Positions 33,403 to 39,815 of a stretch of 39,815 nt of DNA are shown piece after piece. The position numbers and the translations under genes were made by a program. Source of the stretch: Dimargaris cristalligena (lineage: Eukaryota); assembly GCA_003614675.1 (NCBI GenBank), contig ML002346.1, positions 1-39,815 on the forward strand. The letters run 5' to 3'. The stretch's first letter is position 1. Each line of letters opens with the position of its first letter. A model generated the notes under the pieces. That model worked only from the letters and a program-made list of their open reading frames with translations, searched no databases and was not told where the DNA came from.

Positions 33403-35676
33403 ATGCCCGCCCTTGATCCCCGCAACCTCCCGGCTTCGGAGGCCGATATCGACTTCTCCGATATTGAAGAGAAGTACCACTTGACTTTCAACGAGTCCTT
33501 CGACAACGTGGTGGTCGTGGACAACCTCCCCGTTGTCGACGAGTCCAAGTTGGACCGCCTGTTGTCCGTGGTTAAGAAGATCTTCAAGCCCGCTGGTACC
33601 ATCAAGGAAGATGGCCTGTTCATGCCCACCAGCATCGACCCCAACTCTGGCAAAACCATGACCCAGGGCTACCTGTTCATGGAATTCAACACTCCCGAGC
33701 AGGCCTCCGCCGCCATCAAGCAGCTGGATGGCTTCAAGCTGGACAAGACCCATATCCTGGCCGTCCACAAGTACACCGACGTGGAACGCTATGCGACCAT
33801 GAACGACACTTACAAGGAACCCGTCATTCCCCCCTACGAAGAGCGCGAGCACCTCAAGAGCTGGCTGCTCGACCCCAAGTGCCGTGACCAGTTCGTGGCC
33901 CTGCGTGGTGATGAGGTGGCTGTGATGGCCAACAATAAGAACGGCAAACCCGACACCGTCTTTACCCGTAGCAAGTGGACCGAGTCCTACCTGCAATGGT
34001 CCCCCCGCGGTACCTACCTGACCACCTACCACCGACAGGGTGTCGTTCTGTGGGGCGGTGCCAGCTGGTCCAAGATCATGCGCTTCATCCACCCCAACGT
34101 TAAGCTGTCCGATTTCTCGCCGCACGAGAAGTTCCTGGTCACCTTCAGCCCCGACGCCATCAACCACGAGGCCGTTGGCATGGCCAACCCCAGCGAGAAC
34201 CCCTTCGGCCCCGAGGACGACGGCAACCACCTTTGTGTCTGGGATATCCGCACCGGTAACCTGCTGCGCTCGTTCCCCATGCCCCAAATGGCCAATAAGG
34301 ACACCGCTGGACCCTCCATCAAGGACGCCTGGCCACATTTCAAGTGGTCCTCGGACGACCGTTACTTTGCCCGGGTGGTGCCCGGCCAGATGCTCTCCAT
34401 CTACGAGGCTCCCTCTATGGGCCTGCTGGACCGCAAGAGTATCAAGGTAGAGGGCATCTCGGACTTCGCCTGGTCTCCCGTACCCGGCCGTCCCGGCCGC
34501 TTGGGCACCAAGGGCGACGCCAATAAGCCGACTGATTACACCCTAGCCTACTGGACCCCCGAAATGAACAACCAGCCTGCCCGTGTGACTCTTATCAACG
34601 TGCCCACCAAGGAAGTCCTCCGCACGAAGAACTTGTTCAACACCACCGACTGCAAACTCTACTGGCACCCGTCCGGCGAGTACCTCTGTGTCAAGGTTGA
34701 CCGCTTGTCCAAGACCAAGAAGTCGACGTCTAGCAACCTGGAAATCTTCCTTCTGAGTGACCGGGCCCTGCCCGTCGAAACGATCGAGCTTAAGGAAACC
34801 GTCGTGTCGTTCGCCTGGGAGCCCAAGGGCAAGCAGCCCCGTTTCGCCGTGATTACCACCGTGGACCCCAGCGCTGTGCAGTTCAACGCCAGCGGCATGG
34901 CCGTCCAGTCGGTCCGTAACACCGTCTCGTTCTATGAACCCGAACCCCTGAGCAAGCTGAAGCGGGCCGCCACCAACATGACCCACGGCAACTTCAAGTG
35001 CAAGAACACCCTGGAGAAGAAGCCCACCACTGCCCTCCTTTGGTCCCCCAATGGCCGCTACATTATCCTGGGATCCTTGCGTTCCACCACTGTGTGGGAT
35101 ATGGAATTCTGGGACATGGACTACCCGCTTGATAACAAGAAGAACGGTGCCACTGAAATGCGCCTGCTCACTAGCCCCGAGCATTACGGTGTGACCGATG
35201 TGGAATGGGACCCGACCGGTCGTTACGTCGTGTCGTACGCCAGTGCCTGGCGCCACTCGATGGAGAACGGCTTCATTGTGTGGGACTGCAAGGGCACCCT
35301 GCTGGGCAAGTTCACCTACGAGAAGTTCAAGCAGTTCCTGTGGCGGCCTCGTCCCCCCACGCTCCTTACCGAAGAGGACAAGAAACGTATCGCCAAGAAG
35401 ATCCCTGAGCTGGCACCCAAGTTCGAAGAGGAGGATCTCATGAGCGAGAGCGCGGCGTCGTCGGCGGTCATCATGAAACGCCGTCGCGCCGTCGAGGAAT
35501 GGAACGCCTGGCGCGCCAAGGCCGAGAAGGAGTACCTCGAGGAATGCCAGATGATGGGCAAGACACCTATGTACCGCAGCACCTCGGCCAACGCTGGCGA
35601 TGAGTCGGCCAATGTGGAGACCATCGAAGAGTGGGTCGAGGAAGTCATCGAAGAGACCGAGGAGGTTGTCGAATAA
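33403..35676 (+). CDS. PRT1: Translation initiation factor eIF3 subunit b, 757 aa, intronless
   Basis: N-terminal RRM (VVVVDNLPVV, GYLFMEF, LDGFKLDKTH), beta-propeller (WTESYLQWSPRGTYL, KNLFN, WDPTGRYV), FLWRPRPPTLL, acidic tail EEWVEEVIEETEEVVE. Codons are strongly C/G-ending. Confidence 0.97.
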   Translation: MPALDPRNLPASEADIDFSDIEEKYHLTFNESFDNVVVVDNLPVVDESKLDRLLSVVKKIFKPAGTIKEDGLFMPTSIDPNSGKTMTQGYLFMEFNTPEQASAAIKQLDGFKLDKTHILAVHKYTDVERYATMNDTYKEPVIPPYEEREHLKSWLLDPKCRDQFVALRGDEVAVMANNKNGKPDTVFTRSKWTESYLQWSPRGTYLTTYHRQGVVLWGGASWSKIMRFIHPNVKLSDFSPHEKFLVTFSPDAINHEAVGMANPSENPFGPEDDGNHLCVWDIRTGNLLRSFPMPQMANKDTAGPSIKDAWPHFKWSSDDRYFARVVPGQMLSIYEAPSMGLLDRKSIKVEGISDFAWSPVPGRPGRLGTKGDANKPTDYTLAYWTPEMNNQPARVTLINVPTKEVLRTKNLFNTTDCKLYWHPSGEYLCVKVDRLSKTKKSTSSNLEIFLLSDRALPVETIELKETVVSFAWEPKGKQPRFAVITTVDPSAVQFNASGMAVQSVRNTVSFYEPEPLSKLKRAATNMTHGNFKCKNTLEKKPTTALLWSPNGRYIILGSLRSTTVWDMEFWDMDYPLDNKKNGATEMRLLTSPEHYGVTDVEWDPTGRYVVSYASAWRHSMENGFIVWDCKGTLLGKFTYEKFKQFLWRPRPPTLLTEEDKKRIAKKIPELAPKFEEEDLMSESAASSAVIMKRRRAVEEWNAWRAKAEKEYLEECQMMGKTPMYRSTSANAGDESANVETIEEWVEEVIEETEEVVE

Positions 35677-36630
35677 AGATGAGCAGACTCGAAAGTGAAT
35701 TTCGGAATGGCTGGCCTCATTATTATTCCTCCCCCCTTGGCTCGCGCTATTCCTGTATGCCTTTTCTTCCTGCCTCCAAACCATTAGTTCAATGGGAATT
35801 GGACAGCTAAATATGCATCATTACGATCCATACATAAACACTCCCCACCCCTATATAATATTTTTAGGGGTTTTGCTTACATGCATGATATGCTTGGTAG
35901 TAATAAAAGTTGATTTTGGACCGCTAGTCTAGTGCTCGTTTTTGGTTCTTTGAATTTTGGATATGCTAAATCTAACCAAGAGCAGGGGAATTGGCATGTA
36001 TTCTTCTGGATTTTAGATGGAGATGCAAGTGTATATGAGTGACCATGTATCCCATAAGTCCAACCTAGTTGTTTAGTATGTTGAAGGGAGTGACAGTGGG
36101 CTCTAACAAGAGATGTAGGCCAATTGAGTGGATCTTTCATATCTGAGAATATATTTTACGAGCTGATTTATCAACCAAGTCTATTTCAAAGTAAGTGGGG
36201 GGGGCTGAGCCATATTATAAAGGTACAGGTATTTATTTCAAAGAATATGAAAAGTGTAACTATACCTGATATATATAATTCAGAATACCCAGCAGTGTAG
36301 ATGTAAGTGATTCCTCAATAGGATGTGCCTTTAAGCTTTAGTGGGTAGTACTAAATAATACTAACAAACTGGCCAAGTGTATCTATGGTTGAAGTACAAT
36401 GCAACAGTCAAGGATTATGAAAAAAAATCTCAAAATGATAGATGCACTTGGACTTAAAGATAAAATCAATGGTCCCAGGTGTCATGCTTAATAATCCATA
36501 GGATTAAAGTGTACTGCTACATAGTGCAGGTTTAGGGGAAGCTTATTCTTATAAATTTCTTATTTGATTCTATTGAAACCCAGATTATTACTTTATATAT
36601 TCTCTTTAACCCAAAATAAGCATTAATATT

Positions 36631-36694
36631 GTCACCTGGGTTTACCACTCTTAGTCTGTCAAGAGTCCTGGGGATAGGCTTCTAACAGTAGGTG
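36631..36694 (-). repeat. 64-bp dispersed repeat, copy B (inverted relative to 348-411)
   Basis: Reverse complement CACCTACTGTTAGAAGCCTATCCCCAGGACTCTTGACAGACTAAGAGTGGTAAACCCAGGTGAC matches copy A at 52/64. Confidence 0.85.
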
Positions 36695-37160
36695 GGGCTT
36701 AGACTTGGCCAAGTGGGCTACTAGTGTCAGGTACAGGGCACAGTACTAACTAATAAAGGCTTAGGTGATCAGTTATGCAAAGGATATGCAGTAAGCATAC
36801 TTATGGGTCAGTACAAGGGGGTGAGTGTATATGGGGTTTATTGGAGTAATCTAGGGGGGGTAAGAATAAGCTAAAGAATCTAACCAGTATTACAGAGTGA
36901 TAGTGTCAAGCCACTAAAATGAACAACAAAAATATATCAAAAGGGTAGGGTGGCTTCTCCAGGCAAACTGGTTTATCACTTAAATGATAAATATATTAAT
37001 AAAACCAACTGTATAAAGTTTTTAACCAAAGTAATCTAATATGAAAAATACTTATTTAGAAGCTTAAAAGGTTGGTCCTTGGCAACCATAACTTGAAGTA
37101 TATAAACCAAATATCCATAATAGTTATAGAGGCAGTTTTATTATAAAAGAAAGATGAAAA

Positions 37161-37406
37161 TGTCCAATATGGGACATCTACTACCCGCCAATAAGAGCGA
37201 CGTAGATCACCGTAGATCATTGCAGATCTTTCCCGGTCATGACAGGCCAATTATAAGGCCGCTATACCACTCACGTGAGTTATTATTACATAAATTTTTT
37301 TTCTTCTTAGACGAATGGAATCATCAATTCAATGTTCACATATATAAACTAAATAAAGTTCTCCTCCGGGGAACAGCAGATCCTCTGAATATCAACAGTT
37401 TTGACA
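37161..37406 (+). repeat. Putative 5' LTR (246 bp)
   Basis: Starts TGTCCAA and ends TTTGACA (imperfect terminal inverted repeat, TG...CA). It contains TATATAAA and AATAAA and is directly followed by a PBS-like motif. No second LTR is in the window to confirm. Confidence 0.6.
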
Positions 37407-37419
37407 GATTATGAGACTG
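37407..37419 (+). promoter_or_regulatory. Degenerate copia primer-binding site
   Basis: GATTATGAGACTG immediately follows the LTR-terminal CA. It resembles the GGTTATG(A/G)GCCC half-tRNAiMet PBS of copia-type elements. Confidence 0.5.
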
Positions 37420-37489
37420 ATTACTTTACCTCTGACTTTACTATTGCCCTCCATTTATTCTTCTCACTTTTACTCTTCCCACTCCCACT

Positions 37490-39495
37490 ATGTCTATGTT
37501 CAAGATTGATACAACCCACCTCCTGCGTGGCTCCGACAACTACGAAATATGGGCCATGAACATCCGATACACTCTCATCACCAAGAACCTGTGGGCCGTC
37601 GTCGACCAGGGCATCAAAGAAGATACTAAGGAATGCACTGCCACTGACGACCAAAAGGCACTGGCATACATTGCAATGAGCGTGGCTGATGATATCAAGA
37701 TCTCCATCCTACGGGCACCAAAGGATGTGAAAGACACATGGGATATCCTTAAACTCAATTACAAGGAAGCATCACCAGCGCACAAGGCGGAAGTCATCAA
37801 AGCAGCAATCAGCCCAGTCTGGCCAGGCACCACCATGGAAGCCTTCATCACGTCCTACCTAGCTGCCATCACACGATACCAGGAACTGTTCACTCCCCTA
37901 GAACAACAGGTATACAATATTGCCATGATGAATGCCCTCCCGGTTGACTATAATAACTGGGTTGAGGCAAACTCGGGTCGGGTCATGACTTTACCTAAGG
38001 ATGCTTTCATCAATGAGCTCTGTGGATGTGAAAAGAATCGGGAACAACGGCAGTATAGTGGCGACATCATCGAAATTGCCGCGCGTGCATAGGTCAAGGC
38101 CAACCAAGGCAAAAATGGTGGCATCACAAACGGCAAAGGCACAAAGGGTCGTATCCGGTGCTACAACTGTGGGAAACCAGGCCACACCAAACCAGAATGC
38201 TGGAAGGCTGGAGGCGGAGCCCACAAGGGTGGAACAGAGTTTATGGCACGTGCAAGTACAGTCACTGAGATTTCAGGAACTGGGTCATGGTTGTTAGACT
38301 CGGGTGCCAGTGTTCACATCTGTGGTGATAGGACCTTATTCACATCACTAACGTCAATAACACCATATTCCATCATGTATCTCGATGGGAAAGCCATGGA
38401 AGTCCACCACCATGGTACCATTGTCCTAACTGTAAAACAGGATAACAGGTGGAATTATCTCCACCTCCGTGACGTCGCCCATGTATCAAATCCCAGTGTC
38501 CGCGTCCTATCATATGGCCGACTATGTGCATCTGGCATTACCCTGTCCCACATCTCCGGTAACCACCATGAGCTCTTGATAAGGGATAAGGTTAAAGTGG
38601 CTGATATCAACCTTGCCCATAACACCCTAATCCTAATTACCCAGTCAACCTCACAACACGGAAATGGTGCAGTAGTAGCACCTAGCCTTAATGAATGGCA
38701 CTCACGTTTTGGCCATATATCCACCACCAAGATTCAGCAAATGGCACGCAATGGCATTGTTACTGGATTATCAATCCCACCCATGACGGAAAATGGGAGT
38801 TCGGCCCAATGCACAACATGCCTTGAGGCTAACATGAAGGCACAGTCCCATAAAACTGGCACTGCAACTCGTGCAATGGAGCTACTTGAATTAGTACACT
38901 CAGACGTCTGTGGACCATGGCCAGTAATGGGGTATGACAAATCCAGATATATTGTTAGCTTCATTGACGATTATTCTAGGATGACCTTTATCATGGTAGT
39001 TCAAACTAAGGATAAGGTATTCAGCTCCTTCAAAGCATTCCAGGCCATGGCGGAGTTATCAACTGGAAGGAAGATCAAAAACCTCCGGTCAGATAATGGT
39101 GGTGAATACACATCAATTGAATTTGCCACTTACCTCCAAAGTCATGGTATTACCCACCAGCAGACTGAGCCACATACCCCACAACAAAATGGGGTCGCCG
39201 AACGGACTAACGGCATCTTACAAAATGGGGTCCGCATGCTACTTCTCTAGTCTGGCCTCGATGATAAATACTGGCCACTTGCTGTTGGCACCATAGCCCA
39301 TACGAAAAATCGGACGGCGTCAACAAGTAATAATGGGGTCACACCCTATGAACGGTGGATGGGCTCCAAACCTGGTGTAGACCATTTCCGAGTGTTTGGG
39401 CAAATTGCACTAGTCTGAATTACTACTGCTAAAAGAAAACTCAATAAACGCGCACACGAAATGGTCATGGTGGGCTATACAAAACATGACGGTGT
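37490..39495 (+). pseudogene. Copia gag-pol pseudogene in one frame with three in-frame stops (38090 TAG, 39248 TAG, 39416 TGA)
   Basis: Gag LRGSDNYEIWAMNI; CYNCGKPGHTKPEC knuckle (38159-38200); protease WLLDSGAS; WHSRFGH...CTTC; integrase HSDVCGP / SDNGGEY / QQNGVAER; then YWPLAV...TPYERW...HFRVFG...KL...MVGY. Confidence 0.9.
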
Positions 39496-39815
39496 GGCAA
39501 GGTGGAGTGTCCCCTTGATTACCACAGCTACGAATTATTACTATTTGACTATTATATTTATATACAAGGTATGAAGTGGCTTTTTTTGTCTGGTATATCC
39601 AGTTTTTTTCCCTTCCCTTTTAACCCATTCTTTCTACATGAATTTTTCCTTTGATTTTATTTATATTTCTATTGGTTTTACATTGAGAATTCTCTTTCCC
39701 CCTGCAATTGGTTATGCAGGTTCACTGTGTGCTTACTGGCTTAAATAATTCTGTATCTTATACTGAGAATGGCTTGGCATTCTTAGCTATAGAGCTAAAA
39801 GTCTTGGCTTTTTTT

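Larger units (their letters stand above)
37161..39495 (+). mobile_element. Ty1/copia LTR retrotransposon, decayed and 3'-truncated (5' LTR, PBS, gag-PR-IN; no RT/RNase H in window)
   Basis: The domain order gag, zinc knuckle, protease, integrase is diagnostic of copia. An LTR and PBS-like site lie upstream. Confidence 0.92.

Noticed and set aside
33391-35784. Long antisense ORFs (315 and 413 aa) opposite eIF3b, and similar ones opposite RSE1 and SMC1
   Set aside because: Expected shadow ORFs from strong C/G-ending codon bias; no recognisable domains.
38090-38092. Programmed stop readthrough between gag and pol
   Set aside because: The stop lies before the gag zinc knuckle, lacks a CARYYA-type context, and two further stops follow. 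Decay is the simpler explanation.
1-39815. tRNA, rRNA, snRNA, riboswitch, telomeric or CRISPR-like arrays
   Set aside because: None recognised by eye; an Rfam/tRNAscan search would be needed to exclude them.

Overview
This is eukaryotic, fungal-type genomic DNA. The GT-AG introns with CTAAC branch points and the protein content suggest an early-diverging fungus such as Zoopagomycota; that assignment is inference only. A ~35 kb gene island sits between AT-rich, CpG-poor repeat relics. Genes reconstructed by hand from splice signals, in order: an ADAL/N6-methyl-AMP deaminase-like gene (-); two intronless secreted proteins sharing an unrecognised C-terminal domain (-); a 3-exon 195-aa gene with weak SLX4IP-like similarity; a PWWP + TFIIS-N/IBD-like chromatin protein; an S/T/P-rich protein with a Rap1 C-terminal domain; a 3-exon single-RRM gene missing from the ORF track; SF3B3/RSE1; 7-exon SMC1; and eIF3b/PRT1. 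The window ends in a decayed, truncated Ty1/copia element with 5' LTR and PBS. The best leads are (1) the diverged pair of secreted effector-like proteins, one with a putative NLS, (2) a C-to-T/CpG-decay signature confined to repeats, including a 64-bp inverted repeat pair bracketing the island, and (3) uniformly long introns (~200-260 nt). All coordinates and counts come from manual reading.
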